Assembly (NCBI GenBank): GCA_965213925.1
Contig: OZ243927.1
Span: 1,888,001-1,952,000, forward strand
Direction of reading: 5' to 3'
DNA length: 64,000 nt
Source of the DNA: Trueperaceae bacterium
Lineage (GTDB): Bacteria; Deinococcota; Deinococci; Deinococcales; Trueperaceae
Positions 38,716 to 49,199 of the stretch are shown one piece after another. The position numbers and the translations under genes were made by a program. The notes under the pieces are model-generated. The model was not told where the DNA came from. It did not search any database and worked only from the letters and a program-made list of their open reading frames with translations. Numbering within the stretch: the first letter of the stretch is position 1; every line of letters starts with the position of its first letter.

Positions 38716-39486
38716 ATGAAACCTACGCGAACTCCCCTGATGGCAGCCAACTGGAAGATGAACAAACTCCCGAGCGAAGCCGAAGGCTGGGCGAACGCCT
38801 TCAAAGACCGCCTCGCGCACGCCGATAACTTCGATAATGTAGACGTGGTGCTGTGCGTGCCCTTTCCCCACCTCACAATGCTCCACACTATTCTCACGGA
38901 CAGCCCCGCCGAGTTGGGCGCGGAGGACGTGAGCGCGTATGAGTCGGGCGCGTACACGGGCGAAGTCTCGGCGGCGATGCTTAAAGACGTGGGCGTAACG
39001 TACGTCATCGTAGGGCATTCGGAGCGGCGCGAGTACCACGCCGAAGATGATGACTTGGTCCGTGAAAAGATGAACATCGCCTTGGAGCACGGGCTCAAGC
39101 CGATCCTCTGCGTGGGCGAAACTGAGGCGCAGCGTGACGAGGGCAAAGCGAAAGAGGTCGTCCTCAATCAGCTCAAAGCTGACTTGCGAGACCTCTCTAC
39201 CGAGAATGCGGACGCCTTCGCCGTCGCTTACGAGCCCATCTGGGCGATCGGCACGGGCAAAACGGCGACGGCGGACGACGCCCAGGAGATGTGCGCGGAG
39301 ATTCGCAGTGCGCTCAAAGACCTCTTGCCCGACATTGCCGAAGAGGTGCGCATCGTTTACGGCGGCTCGATGAAGCCGAACAACGCCGACGAACTTTTAG
39401 CACAAGAGGATATCGACGGCGGGCTAGTCGGCGGGGCGAGTTTGGAGGTGGACTCCTTTATCCAACTCATCGAGGCAGCTAAGTGA
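38716..39486 (+). CDS. tpiA: Triosephosphate isomerase
   Basis: ANWKMN, GHSERR, AYEPIWAIGTG, YGGSM, GLVGGASL. Confidence 0.97.
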   Translation: MKPTRTPLMAANWKMNKLPSEAEGWANAFKDRLAHADNFDNVDVVLCVPFPHLTMLHTILTDSPAELGAEDVSAYESGAYTGEVSAAMLKDVGVTYVIVGHSERREYHAEDDDLVREKMNIALEHGLKPILCVGETEAQRDEGKAKEVVLNQLKADLRDLSTENADAFAVAYEPIWAIGTGKTATADDAQEMCAEIRSALKDLLPDIAEEVRIVYGGSMKPNNADELLAQEDIDGGLVGGASLEVDSFIQLIEAAK

Positions 39487-40535
39487 GCCCTATCGACACG
39501 CTGAGAGAGAAATTCAGCGAGTTGGAGGTGGACGCACTTCTTGTGACCCAGCCCGCGAATGTGCGCTATTTATCAGGGTTCAAGACGCCCGAGGATGGGC
39601 GCGTGCTCATCACCGAGGACTTCGCTGTTCTCATTACCGACGGGCGCTACACCGCACAGGCGGCGGAAGAGTCCAGGCTCAACGTCGAAATTGCCGAGCA
39701 GAACTGGTTAGAGGATGTCGCTGAAAGAATCGGCGAGCGGCGCGTCGCGTTGGAGAGTGACCACGTGACGCACGCTTTATTCAACAAGATGGCGGAGAAG
39801 TTAGAGCGCGAGCCCGCCCCGTCTGAGGGGCTCGTCGGTGAACTCAGGCTGCGCAAAACGCCCCAAGAGATCGAGACCTTGCGGCAAGCGGCGCGAGTCA
39901 CCGATGAAGCGTATTCGCATATCTTGAACTTTATACAAGCGGGTCAGCAAGAACTCGAGGTGGCCCTAGAGTTAGAGCGCTTCATGCGGCAAGCGGGCGC
40001 AGAGGCGAAGAGCTTCGAGATCATCGTGGCGAGCGGCGTGCGGAGCGCGATGCCCCACGGCGTCGCCTCGCAAAAGGTCATCGAACAGGGCGACCTTGTC
40101 ACGCTCGACTTCGGCGCGCGGGTGGACGGCTACCACGCGGATATGACCAGGGCGGTCGCCATCGGCGAGATCGGCGGCGAACTAAGAACCATGTTCGATA
40201 CGGTTTTAGAGGCGCAGGAGACCGCCCTGCACGCCCTCGCACCCGGTAAAGATGGGCGCGACATCGACGCGCTAGCGAGAGAGGTCTTAAACGCCAAAAA
40301 TTTTGAGGAGCACTTCCCGCACGGTTTAGGGCACGGCGTCGGCTTGCAAATTCACGAGGGACCGCGCCTCTCGAAGCGCGTCTCGCAGACCTTGGAGCCG
40401 GGCATGGCGGTGACGGTCGAGCCGGGCGTTTATATTCCCGACAAGGGTGGCGTGCGCATCGAGGACTTGGCGGTCATCACGGAGGGCGGTTACGAGCGGC
40501 TTTCGCACAGTGACAAGTCGTTCGTGCAGGTTTGA
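39483..40535 (+). CDS. Xaa-Pro aminopeptidase (M24)
   Basis: PHG, DFGA..DMTR, HGLGHGVGLQIHE, VEPG, GVRIED. Confidence 0.93.
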   Translation: MSPIDTLREKFSELEVDALLVTQPANVRYLSGFKTPEDGRVLITEDFAVLITDGRYTAQAAEESRLNVEIAEQNWLEDVAERIGERRVALESDHVTHALFNKMAEKLEREPAPSEGLVGELRLRKTPQEIETLRQAARVTDEAYSHILNFIQAGQQELEVALELERFMRQAGAEAKSFEIIVASGVRSAMPHGVASQKVIEQGDLVTLDFGARVDGYHADMTRAVAIGEIGGELRTMFDTVLEAQETALHALAPGKDGRDIDALAREVLNAKNFEEHFPHGLGHGVGLQIHEGPRLSKRVSQTLEPGMAVTVEPGVYIPDKGGVRIEDLAVITEGGYERLSHSDKSFVQV

Positions 40536-40742
40536 AGTGACACTGGGCGTGAACGAGATGAGGAAAGAGGGACTGTGGGATGTGCTCCGCTCCGCGAGTA
40601 CGACGTGCTTCTATACTCACTTTGACCATCTAACTTACGAGGTCTCATTCACTTGCAGTGTCTTGAACGTTTAGGTCTTAAACGACTAGGTTTCAGGTGA
40701 TCAGGTGAATGAACGTAACTTCAGTGCTGGAGAGAGGTGAAG

Positions 40743-41096
40743 ATGAAAAAGATACTTGTTGGACTACTGAGCATCCTCGTCTTGGCGGGGTGCGCGAGCG
40801 GACCTGAGAGGTCGCTCTCGGAAGAGTTGGAGGACGCGCGCACGTCGTTTAGCGCTTTAGAGGCTAAAGCTGAAGAGATCGTGGAGCGTAACCGCGAGCT
40901 AGAGAGGCGCACGAATACGCTCAGTCAAGAAAATGAGCAGCTCAGCGCCCGCGCCGAGACGCTTAGCGCTCAAAATGAGCAGCTTACCGAGGAAAATCGG
41001 CAGCTCGAGCGGCAGTTAGAGCAGGTTTCGGGCGCACTGCGCAGTGCGGTCAGTAGCCTTAACGAAGCCGAGAGCGCGACCCCTGAAGGCGAGTGA
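40743..41096 (+). CDS. Coiled-coil lipoprotein
   Basis: LAGC lipobox, heptad repeats. Confidence 0.7.
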   Translation: MKKILVGLLSILVLAGCASGPERSLSEELEDARTSFSALEAKAEEIVERNRELERRTNTLSQENEQLSARAETLSAQNEQLTEENRQLERQLEQVSGALRSAVSSLNEAESATPEGE

Positions 41097-41205
41097 GCCG
41101 ATAAATCTGCGCTATTAAAACCCCAAGTGTGACGAGCACTCCTCTTATTGCAAGTCACTTTTCATATACTCGTTGCGAAACCCCTAGTACGAAGGAGAGG
41201 TCACG

Positions 41206-41454
41206 ATGAAACGAGCCCTAACAGCTTCCTCAGTTCTTGTCGTTTTGCTGCTCGCCGCTTGCGATTCCGATTCCACGATTCAGCAGCTCGCTACGGAGAA
41301 TCAGGAACTGCGCAACGAGGTCCAGCAGATCGTGGAGGTCAATCAGGAGTTGCAAACGCAAACCAGGGAGATCGCTCGCATTATTGACGAGCTTCAGCTA
41401 AGCATTGACAGCCTCGACGTGACGGGCGGCGTTACTGGGGGAAGTTCGGAGTAA
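41206..41454 (+). CDS. Coiled-coil lipoprotein with TGG tail
   Basis: LAAC lipobox, heptads, VTGGVTGGSSE; AAGGAG RBS. Confidence 0.7.
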   Translation: MKRALTASSVLVVLLLAACDSDSTIQQLATENQELRNEVQQIVEVNQELQTQTREIARIIDELQLSIDSLDVTGGVTGGSSE

Positions 41455-41682
41455 CTGTAAGCTGAACGTTGAGCCAAAGCAGGAGACAGCGAAGTTTACC
41501 GCTCGCCATCTTCTGCTTTTTCATGAGCTTCAGAGCGGGAGGAACGTGCCCTAAAACCTGAGCCGAACGCTCGGCGGCTTCATACTCCTGAACCCTTACC
41601 CTGAAATCATATATACTCAAGACGTGAGATTCGTTACATTTCGCTATATGCCGTTTTACTACCGGAGATTCAAGGGGGTTTC

Positions 41683-42120
41683 ATGAGAGCAGCACTCGTT
41701 ATCGTCATGGCGTTAGGTTTAGTGGCTTGCGGCTCGGACAGAGCGTTAGAGGAGCAGCGTCAATCTTTCGAGGGACAAATCAGCTCGCTACAGGAGCGCG
41801 TTTCGAGCCTAGAAACCGAGCGTCAAGACTTGCAGCAGGAACTGGGCACGAGTTTAGAAGAGGAGTACAGCTTCGTCACCGCGCAGATTGCGGACTTGCA
41901 GACGCAAGTCCGGGCGCTCGAGGTGCGCCGCGACGAACTTCGCGCGGAACTCCGAGCGGCGGGTATCGAGGTTGCGCCACTAGAAACGGGCGGACAAACG
42001 GGTGGTACGGCGGCGCTTATCGAGAGGTTGGAAGGTGCGTTAAGTGGCGGCGTGCAAGAGAGCACAGGCGGCACTTTGGACGTAACAGGGGGGTTGCTCG
42101 AGACGGGCGGCACGAACTAA
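41683..42120 (+). CDS. Coiled-coil lipoprotein with multiple TGG motifs
   Basis: LVAC lipobox, heptads, five TGG motifs in the C-terminal third. Confidence 0.7.
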   Translation: MRAALVIVMALGLVACGSDRALEEQRQSFEGQISSLQERVSSLETERQDLQQELGTSLEEEYSFVTAQIADLQTQVRALEVRRDELRAELRAAGIEVAPLETGGQTGGTAALIERLEGALSGGVQESTGGTLDVTGGLLETGGTN

Positions 42121-42186
42121 CTTACGCAACAAGGAGTTACAACTTTTGATGACGCTACCTATCAGGTTTCGGTAACGATCGGATGT

Positions 42187-43482
42187 TCAGTTGAGATGCG
42201 TCTTCGTCGCGAGTTCGGGCGCTTGCCCTCTGACCACGCGGGCTCCCAGGGCGCGCAGCCGCTCCTCTAAGCCTTCGTAACCCCGCTCGATATAGCGCAC
42301 ACCTGTAATCGCGGATTCGCCCTCCGCGGCGAGCGCCGCGATAACGAGCGCGCCGCCTGCGCGGATGTCGGCGGCGTGCATCTGGGAGCCCGCAAGGGTG
42401 CCGCCCCGCACGATGAGGGTGCGGTCTCGCAGCTCGAGCTGCGCCCCCGTGCGCGTCAATTCGCCTACGTGGGTAAAGCGGTCCGGGTAGACGCGGTCTT
42501 GAAGCGTGCTAAAGCCTGGCACCGTCGCTAAAAAGGCACCGAAGGGCGCTTGCAAGTCGGTGGGGAGACCGGGGTACTCGCTGGCTGTCACGTCCACGGC
42601 TTTGAGGGAACCCGCCGCGTCAACGTGAAGGGTGTGCGCGTCTAATTGTGTAATGACGACGCCGCTTTCGCAGAGCTTATGGGTGACGGCGCGCAGGTGC
42701 TCGGGGTTGACGTTGCGCAAGGTCACGTGACCCCGCGTCGCCGCTGCTGCAAGCATAAAGGTGCCCGCTTCGATACGGTCAGGCACGGGGCGGTACGTGA
42801 CGCCGCGCAGTGAGGCGACGCCCTCGATGTGAACTGTAGGGGTGCCCGCGCCGCGAATGCGTGCGCCCATCAAGTTGAGCATTTCGGCTAAGTCAGCAAT
42901 TTCGGGCTCCAAGGCGGCGTCTTCGATCGTCACGTGTCCTTCGCCCAAAGCGCTCGCTAAAATGACGTTCTGCGTGCCGCCGACGGTGGGCACCTCGAAG
43001 ACGGCTCTCCCCGCCAAGGCACCCGAACGCCGCACCTGAAAGTCGCCGCCCGCTTCGCCTATCTCCGCGCCGATCTGCCGGAAGGCTTTGATGTGCCGGT
43101 CCACGGGGCGCGGACCGAACGCGCAGCCGCCCGGCATGGAGATGTTCGCCTCGCCGCAGCGCCCTAAAAGTGCGCCCATCGCGACGAAGCTCGCCCGCAG
43201 TTGGCTGACGAGCGCATACGGCGCGTCGCAGGTGAAGATTTCAGACGCTTCGATGTGGAGGTCACGCCCGTGCCAGCGCGCTGACGCGCCGAAATGCTCC
43301 AACATCTCGCACAGGATAAGGATGTCACTGAGCTTGGGGATATTCTCGAGCACGACCTTTTCGCGCGTTAGGAGTGCGCCCATCATCAGGTAAAGGACGG
43401 AGTTCTTGGCGGCGTGGGCGCGCACTTCGCCCTGTAAAGGTGTGCCGCCCGTGATGTAAAGCGCGTCGTGATGAAGTTCCAT
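42187..43482 (-). CDS. murA: UDP-N-acetylglucosamine 1-carboxyvinyltransferase
   Basis: AKNS, LRASF, PGGCAFGPRPVDRH, DRIEAGT, PGLPTDLQ, DIRAG. Confidence 0.95.
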   Translation of the reverse strand: MELHHDALYITGGTPLQGEVRAHAAKNSVLYLMMGALLTREKVVLENIPKLSDILILCEMLEHFGASARWHGRDLHIEASEIFTCDAPYALVSQLRASFVAMGALLGRCGEANISMPGGCAFGPRPVDRHIKAFRQIGAEIGEAGGDFQVRRSGALAGRAVFEVPTVGGTQNVILASALGEGHVTIEDAALEPEIADLAEMLNLMGARIRGAGTPTVHIEGVASLRGVTYRPVPDRIEAGTFMLAAAATRGHVTLRNVNPEHLRAVTHKLCESGVVITQLDAHTLHVDAAGSLKAVDVTASEYPGLPTDLQAPFGAFLATVPGFSTLQDRVYPDRFTHVGELTRTGAQLELRDRTLIVRGGTLAGSQMHAADIRAGGALVIAALAAEGESAITGVRYIERGYEGLEERLRALGARVVRGQAPELATKTHLN

Positions 43483-43653
43483 AGTCGTGTTCCTTGCCCC
43501 TATCTCTATTCTCGAGCCGTAGCCCGTTCGTCAGCCTAACCTAACACCCTTCTAGGGCTTATGCGCTTAGGCTAACAGATTCGCCCTAGCCTACAAGCGA
43601 ATTACGTCACTTACACATGATACACATTAATATTCTAGGAGAAGTTTTCCACA

Positions 43654-43683
43654 TTGTCAAGTTGTGTAAGGTAGTGCTATAAT
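43654..43683 (+). promoter_or_regulatory. Promoter of the small regulator gene
   Basis: TTGTCA...TGCTATAAT (extended -10). Confidence 0.6.
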
Positions 43684-43776
43684 AGCCTATAGTGAAGCAT
43701 CTGCCAAGGACGGATGTTGGTAGTTCCTCTAGTGACTTTAGGGCGGCGCGCTGCGCCGCTCATGTACAGGAGACCC

Positions 43777-43995
43777 ATGCCGAAACGTGAGAAAAGCAAG
43801 CGGCTTCAAGTCGTGATCACCGAAAAACAGGACTCGCTCCTGACAAAAACCGCCTATCAGCTCTCCAATCCCGAGCGCCTCATCTCCAAGTCCGAGGTCG
43901 TGCGCCTAGGTATCGAGATGCTTAACCGCGCGGTGGAAGAGGGCAAGCTCGACCCTGAGCTGCTCACCGCAATCGAGGAGGAGCAGGGGAGCTAG
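43777..43995 (+). CDS. Small putative ribbon-helix-helix transcriptional regulator
   Basis: KRLQVVIT beta strand, then SKSEVVRLGI helix; AGGAG RBS. Confidence 0.7.
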   Translation: MPKREKSKRLQVVITEKQDSLLTKTAYQLSNPERLISKSEVVRLGIEMLNRAVEEGKLDPELLTAIEEEQGS

Positions 43996-44208
43996 CGATC
44001 CGGTGATTGAGTATGCATAAACGGGTGGGTTCGTTTAGACCTGTGCTCGGACGAAGTACCGAGCCTAGTGGAACCCGAGTCTCACTTCAAACCTCCTATC
44101 TTTGAATCTCGCGCTGACTCGGAGGGGTAACGACCATCTACCCACATTGCACACTGTGCGCCGCATACCTCGTCGTGCGAACCTCTCTTTAGGGAAGCTC
44201 TACGCCTT

Positions 44209-46080
44209 ATGTCCCTCTTTACCCCCGGCAACCTCATCGACGAACGCTATGAAATCACCGGCATCCTCGGGCAAGGGGGCACGGGTCAGGTTTACCGTGC
44301 ATATGACCGTCACCTAGACCGCGACGTCGCTCTCAAAGCGCTCCGCCCGCACCTCACCGAAGCCGACGAGGGGCGCTTTAAGCGTGAAATCAAAGCGCTC
44401 GCTAAGCTGAGCCATCCGGGAATCGTCAGTATCTACGACTTGGGGCGCGGGGAGCACGTCTACTTCGCGATGGAACTCGTCGCGGGGGGACCTTTTACGG
44501 ACTTGGGACCGCTCGAGGGCGACTTGGAGCCCTTGCTTACCCTGCTCGACGCCGCCATCTCCGTCTGTGAAGCGCTCGCCTACGTCCACCATCACGGCAT
44601 GGTCCACCGCGACCTCACGCCGCGCAACATCCTCATGACGCTGCAAGGGCAGCCTAAAGTGATGGACTTTGGTTTGGTGCAACTCGCCGAGGCAAGTCGG
44701 CAGCTCACGCGCACGGGCTTCACGCTCGGCACGCCGCAGTACATGGCTCCCGAGCAAGCCGAAGGGGGCGTCATCGGCGCGCACACCGACCTCTACGCGC
44801 TGGGCGCGGTGCTCTACAAAACGGTAACGGGCGCGGCGCTCTTCGAGGCGGAGAGCGACCTCACGCTGCTCTACCAGCACGTCTACAGCGACTTCAAAGC
44901 GCCCACCGAGGTCAACCCGGCGGTGCCGCCGAGCTTGGGCAGGCTGATCAGCAGCCTGCTCGCCAAAGACCCCGCTCTGCGCCCCGCCTCGGGCTACCGC
45001 GTCGCCGAGGCGCTGCGCACGGTTCGCGACGAGGTGGCGCGGGGCGGGGCGCGGCAGCGGCTCGGCGGGCCGGGGCAACGGGGGGTGCTGAGTGGCGGTC
45101 CGCCTACGCCTAACGCGCTGCAACGCGCCTGGCAAGTCAAGCTCGCCGAAGGTCCGCAGTGGCCCGCCGCCCTGACCGCCGCCGAAAACTTTGTGCTGCT
45201 CGGCACGCGGAGCGAAGAGGTCTACGTCCTCCACCCCGCCGACGGCGGCGTGCAGGCGCGTTTTCGCGCCGAGGATGAGGTCAACAGTCCGGTGGTATGT
45301 AGTGACGAAAGGCTCTACTACACGAGTCGCGGCGGGGCGCTCAGCGCGCTGCACTGGCCCAGCGGCGCGCGCGCCTGGGAGGACGAAGAGGCGGGCGCGG
45401 TGGGCATACTTCCCTACGCCGATGACCTCTTTGTGGCGGCGGAGAGAGGTCTCGAGCGGCGCACCAAGGGGGGCGAGGCGAGGTGGCACTACGACCTCGC
45501 CGGGGACGCGCCTGTGGCCGCGCCGACGCTACACCACACGCGGCACCACACGCAGATTTGTGTCGTCACGCACGGAGGCTGGTTGCATAGCGCCGACGCC
45601 GCGACGGGTGAGGGGAAGTTCAAGCTCGAGCTTGGGGCTGTCGCCGCGCAACCCGCTGCTAAGGGCGACATCTTACTCCTCCCCGAACGAAGCGGCGACC
45701 TGCACGCCTTTCACACCGAGCGCTTAGAGGTCCTCTGGACCTACGATATGGAGGGGCAACTCTGGGCGTCACCGCTCCTCTGGGGACCCTACGTCTACGC
45801 GGTCTCGTGGGCCGGGGTGATGCGCTGCTTGTCGCTGCAGACGGGTGACGACGTATGGGCGTATGAGGTCGGCGCGAAGGTCACGGCCGCGCCCGTCCTG
45901 GCGGGCGGCGTGCTCTACATTGCCACCGAAGAGGGTGAGATTATCGCCTTGGATGCGCGCAGCGCTCAGCCTCTCTTTACGGACCGCGTGAGCGCTGCGC
46001 CTATCCAAGCGAGCCCGCTCGTCATCGGGGAGACGCTCGTGGTCGCGGCGCTCGACGGGATGGTGCGGGCGTACCGATAA
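44209..46080 (+). CDS. Hanks-type Ser/Thr kinase with C-terminal PQQ-type beta-propeller (RqkA-like)
   Basis: LGQGGTG, VALK, HRDLTPRN, DFGL, GTPQYMAPE; Trp-containing propeller repeats. Confidence 0.9.
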   Translation: MSLFTPGNLIDERYEITGILGQGGTGQVYRAYDRHLDRDVALKALRPHLTEADEGRFKREIKALAKLSHPGIVSIYDLGRGEHVYFAMELVAGGPFTDLGPLEGDLEPLLTLLDAAISVCEALAYVHHHGMVHRDLTPRNILMTLQGQPKVMDFGLVQLAEASRQLTRTGFTLGTPQYMAPEQAEGGVIGAHTDLYALGAVLYKTVTGAALFEAESDLTLLYQHVYSDFKAPTEVNPAVPPSLGRLISSLLAKDPALRPASGYRVAEALRTVRDEVARGGARQRLGGPGQRGVLSGGPPTPNALQRAWQVKLAEGPQWPAALTAAENFVLLGTRSEEVYVLHPADGGVQARFRAEDEVNSPVVCSDERLYYTSRGGALSALHWPSGARAWEDEEAGAVGILPYADDLFVAAERGLERRTKGGEARWHYDLAGDAPVAAPTLHHTRHHTQICVVTHGGWLHSADAATGEGKFKLELGAVAAQPAAKGDILLLPERSGDLHAFHTERLEVLWTYDMEGQLWASPLLWGPYVYAVSWAGVMRCLSLQTGDDVWAYEVGAKVTAAPVLAGGVLYIATEEGEIIALDARSAQPLFTDRVSAAPIQASPLVIGETLVVAALDGMVRAYR

Positions 46081-46249
46081 GGGAAGTCATCTGAATCTGG
46101 GGCGCGGCGTGATAGAGGTCGGTGTACTTTAATGATACGGAATTGCACAGTTTACTTACCCTAACTGAGGGCGTTAGAGCTTACTATCACAGATAGGCAT
46201 GACTTTGTTTTGCAAAACAAAGTCATGCAACCTCGTATGAGTTGATAAG

Positions 46250-46346
46250 AGTCAGTGCGCCCCGACCCTCTCGTCAATCTTGAGAAGGTCCCCCGACGCC
46301 GACAGGACATGCGGATCACTTGAGCCTCGGTGGGTTGCTCCTGACT
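46250..46346 (+). ncRNA. Candidate structured small RNA
   Basis: Terminal pairing AGTCAG/CTGACT plus an internal hairpin GACCCTCTCG..TTGAGAAGGTC; non-coding. Confidence 0.45.
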
Positions 46347-46349
46347 GAA

Positions 46350-46380
46350 CAAAAGAGGCTGAGGTCGAACCTCAGCCTCT
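46350..46380 (-). terminator. Rho-independent terminator of lon
   Basis: Minus strand AGAGGCTGAGG-TTCGA-CCTCAGCCTCT-TTTG. Confidence 0.8.
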
Positions 46381-46398
46381 CAACACTTATCTGCGAAT

Positions 46399-48843
46399 TT
46401 ACGCTTGCGCCGCTGGCGCTTCCGGGTCCTTACGCTTGCGGCTCTTCTTAGGCTTTTTGCGAGACTCTAGCGCCTCCAACCCGCCGACCATAAAGACCTC
46501 TAACGCTTTGTCTAAGTCGTCTACCTCGTGGAAGTCTAGGCTGCGGCGCAGGTGGCTTGGAATGTCGTTTAAGTCCGAGAGGTTCTTCTCGGGGAAGACG
46601 ATGTGCTTGATGCCTGCCCGCTTCGCCCCCAAGATTTTTTCCTTGAGCCCGCCAATGGGAAGGACTCGTCCGCGCAAGGTGATTTCACCTGTCGAAGCGA
46701 CGTCTTTGCGCACCGGCACGCCGGTCAAGGCGCTGATCAAAGAGGTGGCGATGGCGACCCCGGCGCTCGGCCCCTCCTTGGGCGTTGCGCCTGCGGGGAC
46801 GTGGATGTGGAGTTCGTGGTTGTCGAGCACGTCCTGCGGAATGCCGAAGCGCTCCGCGTTGTTCTTCGCGTAAGTCAGCGCTGCGCGCGCCGACTCCTTC
46901 ATCACGTCGCCGAGTTGACCCGTCAAGACCAAGCCACCTTTACCGGGCGTCACGGACGTTTCCACGAAGAGGATGTCGCCGCCGACGGGCGTGTAGTACA
47001 TGCCTGTCGCTACGCCGACGAGATTCTCTTCCGCTTCGCTCTCGGGGGTGTAGCGCTCCGGTCCTAAGAACTGCTCTAAGGAGCGCTCACCGATGCGCAC
47101 GCGCTTGCCGTCCCCTTCCGCGATACGCCGCGCCGACTTACGAGCGAGCGTACCGATGGTGCGCTCTAAGTTGCGAACGCCTGCCTCGCGGGTATATGAC
47201 GTGACGAGCTTGGTGAGTGCGCCGTCCGAGATGGCGAGCTGCTTCTCTTTGAGTCCGTTCTCTCTGACCTGACGCGGCAAGAGGTAGCGCTTGGCGATCT
47301 CGACCTTTTCCGGCTCGATGTAGGAGGAGAACTCCAAGGTTTCCATCCGGTCCATCAAGGCTTCGGGGATTTGCTGACCGTAATTTGCCGTGGCGATAAA
47401 CAGCACTTCGGAGAGGTCGAAAGGCACACCTAAGTAGTGGTCCACAAAGGTGCTGTTTTGGGCGGGGTCTAGGACCTCCAAGAGCGCGGAGGACGGGTCC
47501 CCCTGATAGCTCATGCCGAGCTTGTCGATCTCGTCCAAGAGGAACACGGGGTTCTTCGTCCCGGCTTGGCGGATGCCCTGAATGATGCGCCCCGGCATGG
47601 AACCGATATAGGTGCGGCGGTGTCCGCGGATGTCGGACTCGTCGCGTGCGCCGCCCAAGGAGATGCGCACGTACTCGCGCCCTAGCGCCTTGGCGATGGA
47701 CTTCGCAATCGAGGTTTTACCGACGCCGGGCGGTCCGACGAACAGGAGAATGGGTCCGCGGTTGACTTCGCCCTCTTCGAGTTCGCCTTTCGCAGCGCGG
47801 TCCGCTTTGAGCTTGCGCACAGCCAGGTACTCGATAACGCGGTCTTTGATCTTCTCCAAGCCGTAGTGGTCTTCGTCCAGGATGTCCACCGCTTTGTCCA
47901 GCTTGAGCCTGTCTTCGCTGCGCTCGTTCCAGGGGAGTTCGGTGATGGTCGTGAGGTAGGTGCGAATCACCGAGGCTTCCGCCGAGTCGGGGTGCATCCG
48001 GGCTAGGCGGTTCAACTCGCGCTCGGCTTCTTTCATGACCTCTTCGTCAAGCTCGAGTTCCTCCAGCTTGACGCGGAAGTTCTCGACCTCGTCGTCGCCC
48101 TCTTCAGAGCCGGATAGCTCGCGCTGCAAGGCCTTGATCTGCTCGCGCAAGAAGTACTCGCGCTGGTTGCGGTCGATCTCATCTTTGACCTCGCGCTGAA
48201 CGCGGCGCTGAGTTTCGGCGAGTTCGATCTCGGTATCGATTAAAACCAAGACCTTGCGGACGCGCTCCTCGACGGAGTCGGACTCCAAGACCTCTTGTTT
48301 ATCCTCCAAGCGAAAGTCCAGGTGATACGCCACGTAGTCCGCAAACTGCCCCGCGTCGTCTAAATTCATGACGAACTGCGCAACCTCGGGCTGGATGTTA
48401 CGACCCGATTCGATGACATCCGAGAACTTCTCTTTGAGTTCGCGGAAAGCGGCCTCTAAAGTCACTTCGTTGCCCGTCGGCACTTCAAAGGGAGACACGT
48501 CCGCCTCGATGATCTCGCCGGAGTGGTAGGCGTCGATGTGCACCCGCGCGAACGCCTGCACGAGCATCTGGATGCTGCCGTTCGGGTTCTTCTTCATCCG
48601 CAAGATGTTACACGCCGTCCCGACTTCGAAGAGGTCGTCGCCCGTAGGCTCCTCCACTTCGCGGTCTTTTTGGCTCACGATCAGGATGGTGCGGTTGCGG
48701 TCGAGTGCCGCGTTAATCGCCCGGATCGAGACGCCGCGCCCAGCGTCAATCGGCATGACCATCGTGGGGTACAAAACCGAGCCGCGCACCGGACAAACGG
48801 GAATCGCCGCGTCGAAAAGTTCGTCGTTGGTTATCTCTGCCAT
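46399..48843 (-). CDS. lon: Lon protease
   Basis: [41 protein letters not shown]. Confidence 0.97.
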   Translation of the reverse strand: MAEITNDELFDAAIPVCPVRGSVLYPTMVMPIDAGRGVSIRAINAALDRNRTILIVSQKDREVEEPTGDDLFEVGTACNILRMKKNPNGSIQMLVQAFARVHIDAYHSGEIIEADVSPFEVPTGNEVTLEAAFRELKEKFSDVIESGRNIQPEVAQFVMNLDDAGQFADYVAYHLDFRLEDKQEVLESDSVEERVRKVLVLIDTEIELAETQRRVQREVKDEIDRNQREYFLREQIKALQRELSGSEEGDDEVENFRVKLEELELDEEVMKEAERELNRLARMHPDSAEASVIRTYLTTITELPWNERSEDRLKLDKAVDILDEDHYGLEKIKDRVIEYLAVRKLKADRAAKGELEEGEVNRGPILLFVGPPGVGKTSIAKSIAKALGREYVRISLGGARDESDIRGHRRTYIGSMPGRIIQGIRQAGTKNPVFLLDEIDKLGMSYQGDPSSALLEVLDPAQNSTFVDHYLGVPFDLSEVLFIATANYGQQIPEALMDRMETLEFSSYIEPEKVEIAKRYLLPRQVRENGLKEKQLAISDGALTKLVTSYTREAGVRNLERTIGTLARKSARRIAEGDGKRVRIGERSLEQFLGPERYTPESEAEENLVGVATGMYYTPVGGDILFVETSVTPGKGGLVLTGQLGDVMKESARAALTYAKNNAERFGIPQDVLDNHELHIHVPAGATPKEGPSAGVAIATSLISALTGVPVRKDVASTGEITLRGRVLPIGGLKEKILGAKRAGIKHIVFPEKNLSDLNDIPSHLRRSLDFHEVDDLDKALEVFMVGGLEALESRKKPKKSRKRKDPEAPAAQA

Positions 48844-49083
48844 GTGGGTCTCCTCTGAGTGAGAGGTTCAAGGTCTGGGATTGCTACGGAAATATGAGTG
48901 TGCATGTATCAAGTTTACTACGTACGCCCATATAAGCTGGAAGGTGGCTTACATGAAACGCGCTATGAGGTTTGGCTCGGAGAACTGCGATGTGGCGGAT
49001 ATTGCGTTCATCCTTTAGTGTAAACCTCTTTAGGGGGCGTAACGGTAAGAAAATGCGAAAAGGGAGAAATTTAACAGGAAGAT

Positions 49084-49157
49084 AGCAATGAGTTGAAAGC
49101 AATGAGTCTAAAGTCCTTGGTTTTCACTCATGGCTCGTTGCTCGTTTCTCATTGCTC
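49084..49157. repeat. AGCAATG-heptamer hairpin repeat (family C), copy 3
   Basis: AGCAATGAGTTGAAAGCAATGAGT...ACTCATGGCT...CTCATTGCT. Confidence 0.7.
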
Positions 49158-49199
49158 CTCCACACGCGCAGCGAAACCCTCCTATGTTAGCTTTGAGCA

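Noticed and set aside
43559..43575. RDRM (DdrO box) upstream of murA
   Set aside because: TTATGCGCTTAGGCTAA lacks the conserved C in the right half; the match is too weak.
44314..45489. 391-aa antisense ORF (and many similar shadow ORFs)
   Set aside because: Lies opposite a clear kinase gene; long antisense frames are expected at high GC.
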